Positions 18,340 through 28,619 are shown, numbered from the stretch's first letter. The stretch is DNA of 64,000 bases from an uncultured Gammaproteobacteria bacterium (GCA_963808165.1 CAWEET010000023.1:144447-208446), one strand, 5' to 3'. The notes: generated from the letters alone by a model not told the origin. Made by a program: numbers and translations.

Positions 18340-19775
18340 AGGCCAAGCTCGGCCGGCCAGTCGAGCAAGGCGTCCAGCACCGCCCGCTGGGCGGTCGTCA
18401 AACCGCTGTCGATGGCCAGGCGCGACAGCTGACGACGATAGTCATCCAACACAATCGAACCGCCGCCCCCCGGCTCGGTCAGGCGCGCACGGCGAAAGTC
18501 CTCCCAACGCAGCCGTTCCTGTCGGCCCAGCGTTTCGGGCCAGTTGCGCGCACGATAGCGGAACAACATTTCATGCAGCTTGGGGGCATCGAAGCCGGGT
18601 CGCAGCGCGGCGAGGTCCTCCGGGCGCGCCGCCCGCACCTGCTCGCAGCGCCGCCGGTCCGCGTCCGACAGAAAGCTGCCGTACAGGTCGCGGTCCGGAT
18701 CCGACTGCGGTGGAAACTGATCGCGGCTGTCAAAGACCTTGGCCAGTTTCTCGCCCAGCCCGCTCGCATTACGCAACGCCTCGAGATGGCGTGCTTCGGC
18801 AGCCGCATCCATCTGCCACTGCTCGCGCGCAGCGTCGGTGATGGTCCCCATCGGGACGATCACCGGCGCGCGGTTGAGGTGCACCACCTTGAGTGGAATG
18901 CGCTCGGCGCCTTCCGGCAGTTCGGCCGTCGCGGTGTACAAGCGGGTCCTGATTTCGTCAGCGGACAGTTGCAGCAGCGCGCTCGGGTCGGCACGCAAAT
19001 CACAGACGATCACACCATTGCGATTGGTCGGATGCATTGCCAGCGGCACCGCCGCGGCAATGCAGCCCAGGCGTGCCGGGTAACGGGCCGAGACATGCAG
19101 CACAGGACGGGCGGCTCGAACATTGAGTTGCGCCGCCAGCCTTTGTTTGTCGCGGTTGTTGAAAACGAACTCGAACAGCTTCGGCTGGCGCTCACGGACC
19201 AGCCTGGCAATCGAAATGGTCGCGCGGACATCGGCCAGCGCATCATGCGCACCTGTGTGCTCGATGCCGTTGGCCGCGGTGAGGTCCTCGAGCCGGAAGC
19301 TGCTCACCCCGGGCTCCTTCTCCGGCCATTCGATACCCTCGGGGCGCAGCGCACGAGTCAGCCGCACGACATCGATCATGTCCCAGCGCGAGTTTCCGTT
19401 CTGCCACTCGCGGGCATAAGGATCGAAAAAGTTACGGTACAGCCCGTACCGGCTCACCTCGTCGTCGAAGCGCAGCGAGTTGTAGCCGAGCGCACAGGTT
19501 CCGGGCCGCGCAAGCTGTTCATAGATTAGCGCGAAGAAGTCTGCCTCGAGCGCCCCCTTCTCGCGCGCCAGCTGCGGTGTGATCCCGGTGATCAGGCAGG
19601 CCTCCGGCTGCGGCAGGAAGTCGTCGGCCGGGCGCGCGTACACCACCAGCGGCTCGCCGATCGGATTGAAGTCCAGATCGGTACGCAAGCCGGCGAACTG
19701 CGCCGGCCGGTCTACCGCCGGCTGGGCGCCCCAGGTCTCGTAGTCGTGCCAATAGAAACTGCGGAGGTGGCTCAT
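18336..19775 (-). CDS. sbcB: Exodeoxyribonuclease I
   Basis: WHDYETWG..PAVDRPAQFAG, GYNSLRFDDE, AHDALADV, LFRYRARNWP. Confidence 0.97.
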   Translation of the reverse strand: MSHLRSFYWHDYETWGAQPAVDRPAQFAGLRTDLDFNPIGEPLVVYARPADDFLPQPEACLITGITPQLAREKGALEADFFALIYEQLARPGTCALGYNSLRFDDEVSRYGLYRNFFDPYAREWQNGNSRWDMIDVVRLTRALRPEGIEWPEKEPGVSSFRLEDLTAANGIEHTGAHDALADVRATISIARLVRERQPKLFEFVFNNRDKQRLAAQLNVRAARPVLHVSARYPARLGCIAAAVPLAMHPTNRNGVIVCDLRADPSALLQLSADEIRTRLYTATAELPEGAERIPLKVVHLNRAPVIVPMGTITDAAREQWQMDAAAEARHLEALRNASGLGEKLAKVFDSRDQFPPQSDPDRDLYGSFLSDADRRRCEQVRAARPEDLAALRPGFDAPKLHEMLFRYRARNWPETLGRQERLRWEDFRRARLTEPGGGGSIVLDDYRRQLSRLAIDSGLTTAQRAVLDALLDWPAELGL

Positions 19776-20455
19776 GAGGCGGACCAGGCCACCTGGTCAC
19801 GCAGGTAAACCGGCAGCGCCTGTTCCGCCGGCACCGCGATGCCCTCGCGGAACAGCACGGCCGCCAGCGTCGCTACATCCCATGCATGTACCATGGCCTC
19901 GCCTAACGGGGGCAGATGCATGCGACAGCGCTCCGCCAACACCTCCCGGTAACTGGCCCAACCACTGCCGACACCGCGCCAGCCATCGCCCGGCGGCAGC
20001 GGCACGGCCCCAGGCGCGCACACGGTCTCTTGTATCGCCGGACGCATGATACCGGCAGCATCGGCCTCGAAGCCCCCCCAGTAGACCTCCCCCATGCGCG
20101 CGTCGAATGCGCTCAGCACCCGATCCGCGGCCAATCCACGCTGCGCACCCTGGGCAAGCGCCCGCAGACTCGAGACCGGCACCACCGGCAGATCTGCGCC
20201 GAATGCGACGCCCTGGATCACAGACGCCGCAATGCGCACGCCGGTGAACGCACCGGGACCGCAGGCGAAGGCGAGCGCATCCAGCCCGCCGAGGCCCACA
20301 CCGCCCTCACCCAGCAGGCCATCCATCATCGGCAGGATCAACTCGCTGTGCCGGCGTGGCGCCACCTCGAACCGTTCGGTCACGCCGCCGTCGATCAGCA
20401 GCGCCGCAGAGCAGGCATCCTCGCTGGTATCGATCGCCAGGATCTTTAACGACAT
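19772..20455 (-). CDS. tsaB: tRNA threonylcarbamoyladenosine biosynthesis protein TsaB
   Basis: ILAIDTS, GPGAFTGVRI, DARMGEVY, PVYLR. Confidence 0.95.
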   Translation of the reverse strand: MSLKILAIDTSEDACSAALLIDGGVTERFEVAPRRHSELILPMMDGLLGEGGVGLGGLDALAFACGPGAFTGVRIAASVIQGVAFGADLPVVPVSSLRALAQGAQRGLAADRVLSAFDARMGEVYWGGFEADAAGIMRPAIQETVCAPGAVPLPPGDGWRGVGSGWASYREVLAERCRMHLPPLGEAMVHAWDVATLAAVLFREGIAVPAEQALPVYLRDQVAWSAS

Positions 20456-21429
20456 CAGGCCAACATTACCGTCGAGCCGGTCGTCTTGCGTGCCTCGAGA
20501 TCTCGATGCGCCCGTGCAGTTTCAGCCAGCGGATAACTCTGGTTGATCTGGATGTGCAGCAAACCGTCGGTGACGGCAGAGAACAGCCGTGCGGCGCCCT
20601 CCTCGAGCAGTGCCCGGGTCGCAATATGGGTGGCCAGGGTTGGCCGGGTAACGTAGAGCGACCCCTTCGGCGCCAGGATCGCCGGGTTGAACGGCTCGAC
20701 CGCGCCCGAGGCATTGCCGTAGCTGACCATCACACCGCAGGGTCTCAGCGAATCCAGGGAGGCCATGAAGGTGTCCCTGCCGACCGAGTCGTAGGCCGCG
20801 GCCACACCTTCGCCCCCGGTGATTTCGCGCACCCGGCTCGGGATGTCGTCGTTGCGATACAGTATGGTGTGATCGCAACCATTGGCGCGTGCGAGTTCGG
20901 CCTTGGCCTCGCTTCCGACGCAGCCAATCACGCGGGCGCCGAGGTGCTTGGCCCACTGACACAACAACAAACCGACGCCACCGGCTGCCGCATAGACCAG
21001 GATGCTGTCCCCCGACTGGACCGGATACGAACGAAACAGCAGATAGTGCGCAGTGAGGCCCTTGAGCATGATCGCAGCGGCCTGTTTATCGCTGACGGTC
21101 TCCGGCAGACGCACCAGCTTGTCGGCGGCAATGACCCGCGCCTCGGCGTAGGCGCCCTGACACATCGGATAAGCGACACGGTCGCCTACCGCCAGGTCGC
21201 CAACGCCCTCGCCCACTGCCTCGACCACGCCGGCCGCCTCCATCCCGAGCACCGACGGCATGTCGCCCGCCGGATACAGCCCGGTGCGTTGATAGACGTC
21301 GATGTAGTTCAGACCGCAGGCGGTCTGGCGCAGCAGCACCTGGCCCGGCCCCGGGGCAGCGACATCGATCTCCTCCCAGCGCAGCACGTCGGCGTCACCG
21401 TATTCGTGGATTCGAATGGCGTGATTCAT
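20455..21429 (-). CDS. qor: NADPH:quinone oxidoreductase (zeta-crystallin type)
   Basis: GLNYIDVYQRTGLY, AAAGGVG, YGNASG, KGSLYVTRP. Confidence 0.9.
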   Translation of the reverse strand: MNHAIRIHEYGDADVLRWEEIDVAAPGPGQVLLRQTACGLNYIDVYQRTGLYPAGDMPSVLGMEAAGVVEAVGEGVGDLAVGDRVAYPMCQGAYAEARVIAADKLVRLPETVSDKQAAAIMLKGLTAHYLLFRSYPVQSGDSILVYAAAGGVGLLLCQWAKHLGARVIGCVGSEAKAELARANGCDHTILYRNDDIPSRVREITGGEGVAAAYDSVGRDTFMASLDSLRPCGVMVSYGNASGAVEPFNPAILAPKGSLYVTRPTLATHIATRALLEEGAARLFSAVTDGLLHIQINQSYPLAETARAHRDLEARKTTGSTVMLA

Positions 21430-21613
21430 CCTGGTCTCCGGGCAGCCAAAACCCTGATTCTCGTTGGCATCGTGGGCCAAGACAAGCCGGGGCGAACCAC
21501 CACCACACAATTGTCACGGGCATTCAGCGGCGTTTTGCGGCACCCTCCCAGTCAGGTGCGGTGGTCAGCACCTGCTCAGATACAACCATGCAGACAAGAG
21601 GACAGCAACAACG

Positions 21614-22555
21614 ATGGACATCAAAAGCCTGTTCGATGCCGAACCCAAATCGCCGCTCTATGTCGCGATCAACCGCGTGCTGGTGCGCAACGACCCGGAG
21701 CTGATGCGCATGATGAAGGAGGCCAGCAGCAAGATGTGCCTTGCGACCGCATTGACTCCCGGTTTTCGCGGATTCGACCTGATGCGTCAGCGCGGCACCT
21801 GCCCGATGGGGATGCGTTGGGCGGCCAGTTCGGACATGTCGACGGAACTCTCGCATATCTGGATCGACCAGTTCACCTACTGGGATTCGCTGGAGGCGCA
21901 CGAGGTCTTTCACGAGACATTCGAGGACGTGGTCGTGGAATCCTGTGCCAAGTGTGGTGGTGTGTTGCTGGACGGGCCGGAGGAGCCGCTGTTCCGGATC
22001 GTCAAGAGCGAACTGCCGAAGCTGATATCCAAGAACCAGATGATGAAGCTCGGTTTCGAGAACAATGGAGAAACCCGCGGCTATGCCATGGACACGGGCG
22101 AGACGGTAACGGTCCTGGCGACACATCATGTCAGACCGGGCAAGGAGGCCGAGTTCGAGGAGGGCGAGATCCAGACCATGGAGATGCTCCGGGAGACCGC
22201 CGGCGTGATCGGCTATCAGATACTGAAACGTGTCGGCCTGTCGACCCTCGGCAGCGGTCATGCCACGGTCGAGTCGCTGATGGAGGACATGAAGGACAGC
22301 TCGGGCAACAAGCTGAAACGCACTGCCGAGGTATGGGAGGGCTATACGGTTCCGGCCGAGTACCTCACGATGGTGGAGTTCGAAGACCTGCGCTCAGCCC
22401 AGGGCGGTATGCCGCATGTCAACGTCAAGCCCGAGATCCTTTTTGTGCACGGACCCAAGGTGCTGAACAACTGTCTGACCATGCCGACCGTTCGCATCTC
22501 CGATAGCATGTTCCGCGAACACACCTATCGCGAGGTGCTGCAGGGTATCAAGTAG
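21614..22555 (+). CDS. sor: Sulfur oxygenase reductase
   Basis: YVAIN, KMC42, PGFRGF, H96-x3-H100, C111-x2-C114, GPEE124P match SOR C31/H86/H90/C101/C104/E114; 313 aa; GAGG RBS. Confidence 0.88.
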   Translation: MDIKSLFDAEPKSPLYVAINRVLVRNDPELMRMMKEASSKMCLATALTPGFRGFDLMRQRGTCPMGMRWAASSDMSTELSHIWIDQFTYWDSLEAHEVFHETFEDVVVESCAKCGGVLLDGPEEPLFRIVKSELPKLISKNQMMKLGFENNGETRGYAMDTGETVTVLATHHVRPGKEAEFEEGEIQTMEMLRETAGVIGYQILKRVGLSTLGSGHATVESLMEDMKDSSGNKLKRTAEVWEGYTVPAEYLTMVEFEDLRSAQGGMPHVNVKPEILFVHGPKVLNNCLTMPTVRISDSMFREHTYREVLQGIK

Positions 22556-22644
22556 GCTGTCCGCGATGGGCCTGGACCGAGCTGGCGCATCCACAGTGTG
22601 CGCAACGGCGTCGAACGGCGTCGCCGCGTGTTCGAGTCGCCGGC

Positions 22645-22694
22645 AGCTGCCGCCGGGACGCGGCAGCCGGGGCTCCACGGAGGGATGCACGGCG
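22645..22694 (-). repeat. Degenerate copy of the REP-like core
   Basis: Reverse complement CGCCGTGCATCCCTCCGTGGAGCC..., related to 7661-7690. Confidence 0.5.
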
Positions 22695-22838
22695 TGGCGC
22701 GGGTCGAATGCCGGCGGCGCATGCGGTCGATCGAGCGCCGCTTCCGTCACCAGGGCACCGGGCGATATCGACCGCTGGGGCGACCGACCCGGCTTCGTCG
22801 TGGCCCATGACTGAGGTCATTGCTCAAGGGCGCGGCCG

Positions 22839-23588
22839 GTGAGCGAATTCAAGACGAGATCTGTCGAAATCGCCGACCTCAGCTGGCAGGAGGCCGAGCG
22901 CCATCTGACGCCCGATGCGGTGGTGATGATGCCGCTGGGCGCCGCGGCCAAGGAACACGGGCCGCACCTTAAGCTGGACAACGATTATCGACTCGCGGCA
23001 TCCCTCAAATCCCTCGTCGTGAAGCGGACTTCCGTCGTGGTCGCGCCGACTATCGGGTACCACTACTATCCTGCATTCACCGCCTACCCGGGCTCGACCC
23101 ATCTGCAGTTTGCGACCGCACGCGATCTGGTCGTGGATATCGCGCACAGCCTGGCCGCGCACGGCCCCAGGCGTTTCTATGTGCTCAATACGGGGCTCTC
23201 AACGGCCGGCCCGCTAGAGGCTGCCGCGGAGATGCTGAAGAAGTCTGGGATAAAGATGGATTACACCGACATGCTCAGCGTGGCCGCCGACGTCGAAGAG
23301 GAGGTCGCGGAACAGCGCAGGGGAAGTCATGCCGACGAGATCGAAACGTCGATGATGCTCTACCTGGCGCCCGCCCGGGTGGATATGCAAAAGGCGCTGA
23401 GAGACGACCACAAGAGACGCGGCAGCGGCGGTTTCCATCGGACCGCGGGACAAGCCGGCATCTACTCGCCGTCCGGCGTGTGGGGCGATGCAACCCTTGC
23501 GTCTGCGGAGAAAGGCGAGCTGATCGTCGAGGCCGTTGTCAGCGGCATCGTGCGCGACATCGAGAACCTGCGACACCAGCCGGTCTGA
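22839..23588 (+). CDS. Creatininase family amidohydrolase
   Basis: LSWQE, EHGPHLKLDND, YPGST, HADEIETS, SGVWGD. Confidence 0.9.
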   Translation: MSEFKTRSVEIADLSWQEAERHLTPDAVVMMPLGAAAKEHGPHLKLDNDYRLAASLKSLVVKRTSVVVAPTIGYHYYPAFTAYPGSTHLQFATARDLVVDIAHSLAAHGPRRFYVLNTGLSTAGPLEAAAEMLKKSGIKMDYTDMLSVAADVEEEVAEQRRGSHADEIETSMMLYLAPARVDMQKALRDDHKRRGSGGFHRTAGQAGIYSPSGVWGDATLASAEKGELIVEAVVSGIVRDIENLRHQPV

Positions 23589-23652
23589 GCAATGCATTGG
23601 CGCGCAGCGCACACCAGGATCAACGGCCGCCGCAGTGCAAACAGCGCGCGGC

Positions 23653-24060
23653 TCAACTCCCCAGCACGGTAACCACTACCCGGCGATCACTGCGCGGGCC
23701 GTCCCATTCACAAAAGAAGATGTTCTGCCATCGTGACAGGCCGAGCCGTCCCTCGATCAGCGGTATCGACTCCGACGGGCCCACCAGACCGGCCTTCAGG
23801 TGCGCATCGCCATTGCCGTCTTGCGCGTCATGCCGCCAGACGCCCTGCGGGATCAACTTGCGCAGCAGCTCGACCACATCGGTCTGCACACTTTCGTCCC
23901 AGTTCTCCTGGATCATCACCGCAGCGGTGGCGCCCTGGGCATAGATGTTGACGAGTCCGTCACGAATGCCGCTGCGGCGCACCAGGTCTTCGACCTGGTC
24001 GGTGATATCGACCAGGACCTCACGCGAACGGGTCGCGAGATGAATGGTTTCTTGCATCAT
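23653..24060 (-). CDS. yjbQ: YjbQ/UPF0047 protein
   Basis: IQEN, GNGDAHLKA, WQNIFFCEWDGPR. Confidence 0.9.
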   Translation of the reverse strand: MMQETIHLATRSREVLVDITDQVEDLVRRSGIRDGLVNIYAQGATAAVMIQENWDESVQTDVVELLRKLIPQGVWRHDAQDGNGDAHLKAGLVGPSESIPLIEGRLGLSRWQNIFFCEWDGPRSDRRVVVTVLGS

Positions 24061-24278
24061 CCGGCGCTCCTCCTGTCGTGCCTCGCAGCTCGGTTCAATG
24101 ATCCCATGAGCGCCCCAGACCGGCGACCCCGGGACGCAGCGCAGAAAGCAACGATCACCGACGAAATCGATCGAAACTATCACCTTTTGATGGCACCCCA
24201 TCGGCGCTCATAACGCATGCCATGCACCGATTCGATGAAGATGGCGATGGCCGGTGGCACGCCCCGCAGCAATGGGTG

Positions 24279-24842
24279 TTACAACAAGCCCTCGATCAGC
24301 GCCTCGACGTCCGGGTGATCGAATTCACGTCCGCCGATCGCCACGAACCGGACATTACCCTCTCTGTCGAGCAGGTAGGTCGTCGGCAGCCCCTTGACAC
24401 CATAGGTTTCGGCGACCCGACTCTCCCGGTCGAAAAGGATCGGAAAGGTCGGCTCCAGGCTCAGGCGTCCGGTAAACTCGAACACCAAATCCTCATCTTC
24501 CCACTGGTTGACCGCAACCACTGCCAGCCCGCGATCCCGGTACTTCGCATACAGGCGTTGCATCGAGGGCATTTCGCGCCGGCAAGGAGGGCACCAGGTG
24601 GCCCAGAAATTCAGCATTACCACCTGGCCTCGGTAATCACTCAACGAATGGCTTTCGCCATCCATGTCCGGCAATGTGAAATCCGCCGATGCCACCGGCG
24701 GTTCCACCGGGTTCATCTTATGGCCGAGCGGCGGCTGGTCGGCCGCGACCGACTGACCAGCGCAGATCAGCAGCGTCAGCGCCAGCAGGCTAATCGACAG
24801 CCGGCGGTGGGGCACATTCGAGTCCCGACAAAATCTTCTCAT
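24279..24842 (-). CDS. TlpA-family disulfide reductase
   Basis: NFWATWCPPCRREMP, GLPTT; start uncertain. Confidence 0.9.
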   Translation of the reverse strand: MRRFCRDSNVPHRRLSISLLALTLLICAGQSVAADQPPLGHKMNPVEPPVASADFTLPDMDGESHSLSDYRGQVVMLNFWATWCPPCRREMPSMQRLYAKYRDRGLAVVAVNQWEDEDLVFEFTGRLSLEPTFPILFDRESRVAETYGVKGLPTTYLLDREGNVRFVAIGGREFDHPDVEALIEGLL

Positions 24843-25353
24843 AAGGTTCCCCCTCGATTGACCAAACGACCTTGAGGTCAAGCCGGCTGGCATGCGGCTC
24901 CGCCATGGTCGTGAAACCCTGGATCCAGTCGCCGACGGCGAAGGTCGGATCATCGGCGAGAATCGACCAGCTGAATCTCACCCCCATCGCGTGCCACTCC
25001 TCGAGCCACTCGCTTTTTGTCTTGATCGGTTTTTCCATGCCCGCGTCGGTCGTGTAGCGCCAGTCGGCGACTCGGTACGACAGCGGCCGCTCGGAGATGT
25101 TGCGGATGATGGTGCCGAACACGCAGCGGGTCGCGACCGCCTCGATGACCGTATCCGGCAGACCGCGCCTGGCATAACTGGCCCGGATAAAATCCGGAGG
25201 CACCTGGATCAATTCGATACCGAGCCCGTTACCTTCCCATTTCCAGCTCTTCAGGCCGGTCTCGGCATCGACACTGGTGGCGACCTCGTCGCCCGCGCGG
25301 GCTGCACCGGTCACAAGCAATGCGGCGGCTATCGTGGTGGACGCTATCTTCAT
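24790..25353 (-). CDS. Hypothetical exported protein
   Basis: Signal peptide, GGAGG RBS, overlaps the TlpA gene. Confidence 0.7.
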   Translation of the reverse strand: MKIASTTIAAALLVTGAARAGDEVATSVDAETGLKSWKWEGNGLGIELIQVPPDFIRASYARRGLPDTVIEAVATRCVFGTIIRNISERPLSYRVADWRYTTDAGMEKPIKTKSEWLEEWHAMGVRFSWSILADDPTFAVGDWIQGFTTMAEPHASRLDLKVVWSIEGEPYEKILSGLECAPPPAVD

Positions 25354-25728
25354 ATGACCTCCGGGCACGGCTGCGTTTCTACGGGCTTTCCGCTGGCACC
25401 AAAGAACCGCTCTCCGCGCCGCCAGGTCGGGGCAGAACAACAGCGCCGCCCGGCGGTTTGTACCTGTTTCGCCGATCGTCGCCGGCAGACGACACACTGC
25501 GCAAGCGCGGCACGATACTGGTGCAGGACAGGGACGATAACAGAAACGGTGCGATACAACAGATCCCCCAGGCGTCGGAATCGGGTGCGAGTTTGGGCCG
25601 ATTCACACTCCAGCGGCAGCCGCGTGCCGTCGCCCTGCACATCACACTGATTTGCTACTGCGGACGCCGATCGCCGCGTCAGAGCGGCGCCTCGACGCCC
25701 TCGACACGAAAAACGGGGCACCCCCAGC

Positions 25729-27633
25729 CTAGTCGAAAAACGCCAGTACCTGATCGAGATCGCGCGTCCGGGCGAAGGGCGGCATCGCGTCCAGAAAGGT
25801 CTGCCCATAGCCTTTCTTCAGCAGCCGCGGGTCGCACAGCACCAGCACTCCGCGGTCGCTGGCATCGCGAATCAGACGTCCCGCACCCTGCTTGAGCGCG
25901 ATCGCCGCCTGCGGTACCTGGTGCTGCATGAAGGGGTTGCCGCCGCGCCGCCGGATGGCGTCCAGCCGGGCCTGCAGGACCGGGTCGCCGGGCGAGGCGA
26001 ACGGGAGCTTGTCGATGATGACCACCGACAGGGCATCGCCGCGCACATCGACGCCCTCCCAGAAACTTGCAGTCCCCAGCAGCACCGCATTGCCATGATC
26101 GACGAAGCGTTCCAGCAATTCCGTCTTGGGCGCGCTGCCCTGCACCAGCAACGGAAAATCGATTCGGTCGGCCAGCAGTTCAGCCGCCTCGCGCAACGCA
26201 CGGTGACTGGTGAACAACAGGAAGGCACGGCCGGCGCTGGCCTCGAGTATCGGTGTCGCGAGGGCGATCACTGCAGCGGTAAAGCCCGCGTCGTTCGGCT
26301 GCGGCATGCCACGTGGCGCGAACCACAGGGCCTGTTCGGAGAAATTGAACGGACTGTCCCATTTGCGCGTGGCTGCCTCGTGCAACCCAAGCTGCTGCTG
26401 AAAGTGTTCGAAGCTGTCGCCGACCGCCAGGGTCGCCGAGGTGAATACCCAGCTCGCCGGGTGGCGTTGCATCTGTGATTGGAATAGCTCCGCGACGTCG
26501 AGTGGCGTGCTGTTCAGGCGCAGGCTCTGCTGGTAGGTCTCGAACCAGCGGATATCCTCGCTGCCCTCCTCCGGGCTGACCAGAGCGGCGAGCTCACGCC
26601 CGAGGTTGTCACAACGCACGAAACACGCATCCAGACCCTTGCCGCGCTCGCGGACCGTCTCCAGCATATCCCTGAGCTGCGCCAGCCGTTCCCGGCAGGT
26701 ATCGAGCGCCTGCGTGATCGCGCCATCGGCATCGACCTCGCTCCAGGATCCGCGCCTCAGTGATTGACCAAAGGCGAGTCGCAAATCACGCGCGGCCTTG
26801 GTCGCGCGGTCGAGCCGGTCGGGCAGCTCCGGCAGGTCACCCGCCTCGCGCTCGTATTCGACCCGGGTGTCGCGTGCGAGATCCAGGATCTGTCGCGTGC
26901 TGACCGTCGTGCCGAAAAAGTTGCTCGCCACCTCCGGCAACTGGTGGGCCTCGTCGATGATGAAGGCATCCGCGCCAGGCAACAGCTCGCCGAAACCGTC
27001 GCCCTTGAGCGCAAAATCAGCACACAGCAGATGATGGTTGACCACGACGATGTCGGCCTCCTGCGCGCGCCGACGGGCCTCCACGAGGTGGCAGGTACTC
27101 CACGCACTGCATTCCTGCCCCAGGCAATTGTCGGTGGTCGAGGTAACCAGCGGCCAGATCGGCGCGTCCTCGGGCACATCGGTCAGCTCGGCAATATCGC
27201 CACGCTCGGTGAGGCTGGACCAATCGCGCACCTTGAGCAGCCAGCGAAGATTGTCGCGGCCATGCCCTCGGGCATCCTGCAGCGCGCCGTCGAGACGATG
27301 CGCACAGAGGTAGTTGGCACGTCCTTTCAGCAGGGCCACGCTGGCCGGGCTTGCCATTGCCTCGCGCAGCCGGGGCAGGTCGCGCAGGAACAGCTGGTCC
27401 TGCAGGTTGCGGGTACCGGTGGAGATGATGATTTTCTGCCGCGACAACAGCGCCGGCACGAGATACGCGAAGGTCTTGCCGGTGCCGGTGCCGGCCTCGG
27501 CGACGAGGCTACCGCCGCGCTCGAGCAGTTCTGCGACATCCTCGGCCATGCTCAACTGTTGCGCGCGGAAGGCGAAGCCGTCGACGCTGCGCGCCAGCAG
27601 GCCCTGCGGGCCGAGAATGTCAGCGACCTCCAT
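25729..27633 (-). CDS. yoaA: DinG/YoaA family ATP-dependent DNA helicase
   Basis: EAGTGTGKT, KGRANYLC Fe-S region, DEAH, SFWEGVDVRG, QGAGRLIR. Confidence 0.9.
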   Translation of the reverse strand: MEVADILGPQGLLARSVDGFAFRAQQLSMAEDVAELLERGGSLVAEAGTGTGKTFAYLVPALLSRQKIIISTGTRNLQDQLFLRDLPRLREAMASPASVALLKGRANYLCAHRLDGALQDARGHGRDNLRWLLKVRDWSSLTERGDIAELTDVPEDAPIWPLVTSTTDNCLGQECSAWSTCHLVEARRRAQEADIVVVNHHLLCADFALKGDGFGELLPGADAFIIDEAHQLPEVASNFFGTTVSTRQILDLARDTRVEYEREAGDLPELPDRLDRATKAARDLRLAFGQSLRRGSWSEVDADGAITQALDTCRERLAQLRDMLETVRERGKGLDACFVRCDNLGRELAALVSPEEGSEDIRWFETYQQSLRLNSTPLDVAELFQSQMQRHPASWVFTSATLAVGDSFEHFQQQLGLHEAATRKWDSPFNFSEQALWFAPRGMPQPNDAGFTAAVIALATPILEASAGRAFLLFTSHRALREAAELLADRIDFPLLVQGSAPKTELLERFVDHGNAVLLGTASFWEGVDVRGDALSVVIIDKLPFASPGDPVLQARLDAIRRRGGNPFMQHQVPQAAIALKQGAGRLIRDASDRGVLVLCDPRLLKKGYGQTFLDAMPPFARTRDLDQVLAFFD

Positions 27634-28142
27634 CAGCTGCCGGTCTGGTTGTCCCACACCCCGCGGCTGCGACCGTTGACGCGGTCCCAGACCAGTTCCC
27701 CGACGATCTTGAAGCGCGCGACCGACATCGCACCACGTTTTGCCCGGCTACTGCCGGCGGCGCCGGCGAATTCCGCCAGATCCTCGCGCATGGCCTCGTA
27801 GATCTCGTAGGGCTCGTAGTCCTCGTCCATCAACACCAGCACGACCGCATCCCACTCCTGGTTCATTTTGAGCTGGCCGATGCGCTCACCGCCCTTGTTC
27901 TCGTCGAATATCGTGCGGCTCTTGATCTGTACCCGGTGGCCGGTCTCCGGGTCCACCGCGTCCCATCCGGCCCCCGGCTCGGCACTGCTCTCGAGTCCGA
28001 GCAGTCGAACCGCGTCGTGCCCGGCGATCTCATTGCTGATGCCCGGCAACGGCTTGCCCATCGTGCGTCGGTAGTCGGCGGCAAGCTGGCGGGCTTGCGC
28101 GATCAATTTGTCGGCAGCATACGGGTTGCTCACTGCGGTCAT
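27633..28142 (-). CDS. Hypothetical protein with PD-(D/E)xK-like motif
   Basis: E...GWDAVD...RVQIKSR; TGATG overlap with the helicase. Confidence 0.65.
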   Translation of the reverse strand: MTAVSNPYAADKLIAQARQLAADYRRTMGKPLPGISNEIAGHDAVRLLGLESSAEPGAGWDAVDPETGHRVQIKSRTIFDENKGGERIGQLKMNQEWDAVVLVLMDEDYEPYEIYEAMREDLAEFAGAAGSSRAKRGAMSVARFKIVGELVWDRVNGRSRGVWDNQTGS

Positions 28143-28244
28143 CCTCGCGCGGTCCTCACGCGGATTCTATACCGAAGCAGGAAGATACTTCAGGCGCATC
28201 GCACCGCAGTCCCCGGCATCGCGCCATAGACAGCAGACACAGAG

Positions 28245-28532
28245 TTAGTGCTTGGGCGGCTCCCAGTACCCAAAGGCCTGACCGGACGGCGCCTGAGGCT
28301 GGGCCTGCTGGGGCTGGGCAACGTCTTCACAGACATGCCGCGCGAACCCGAACAGTTCTTCCATGAAGGCATCCCGGTCACTGGCCGCCATATCGCGCTG
28401 GCTGCCCAGCATGTACCCCACCACCGCGGCGAGATACTGCATCACCACCCCTGGGTCGGCCTGCGGCTCCTGGCGTTGTACGGCCTCCTGAATATCCTGG
28501 AACAGTTGTGATGAGAGTTGAATATCGGCCAT
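28245..28532 (-). CDS. Hypothetical protein
   Basis: AGAGGG RBS; QYLAAVVG, AFGYWEP. Confidence 0.7.
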   Translation of the reverse strand: MADIQLSSQLFQDIQEAVQRQEPQADPGVVMQYLAAVVGYMLGSQRDMAASDRDAFMEELFGFARHVCEDVAQPQQAQPQAPSGQAFGYWEPPKH

Positions 28533-28619
28533 CCGGCCCTCCTATACATGATTGCGCACCCGGCCTGGGTGAACCAGGCCGGAGCGGATGAGCACCGTCG
28601 GCTGACGGTGGCTGTCGAG

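Noticed and set aside
18309-19529. 406-aa ORF starting in the MITE as a possible transposase
   Set aside because: Antisense to sbcB; no DDE or HUH motifs.
20356-22506. 716-aa plus-strand ORF
   Set aside because: Antisense to qor and out of frame over sor; no motifs; GC-rich shadow ORF.
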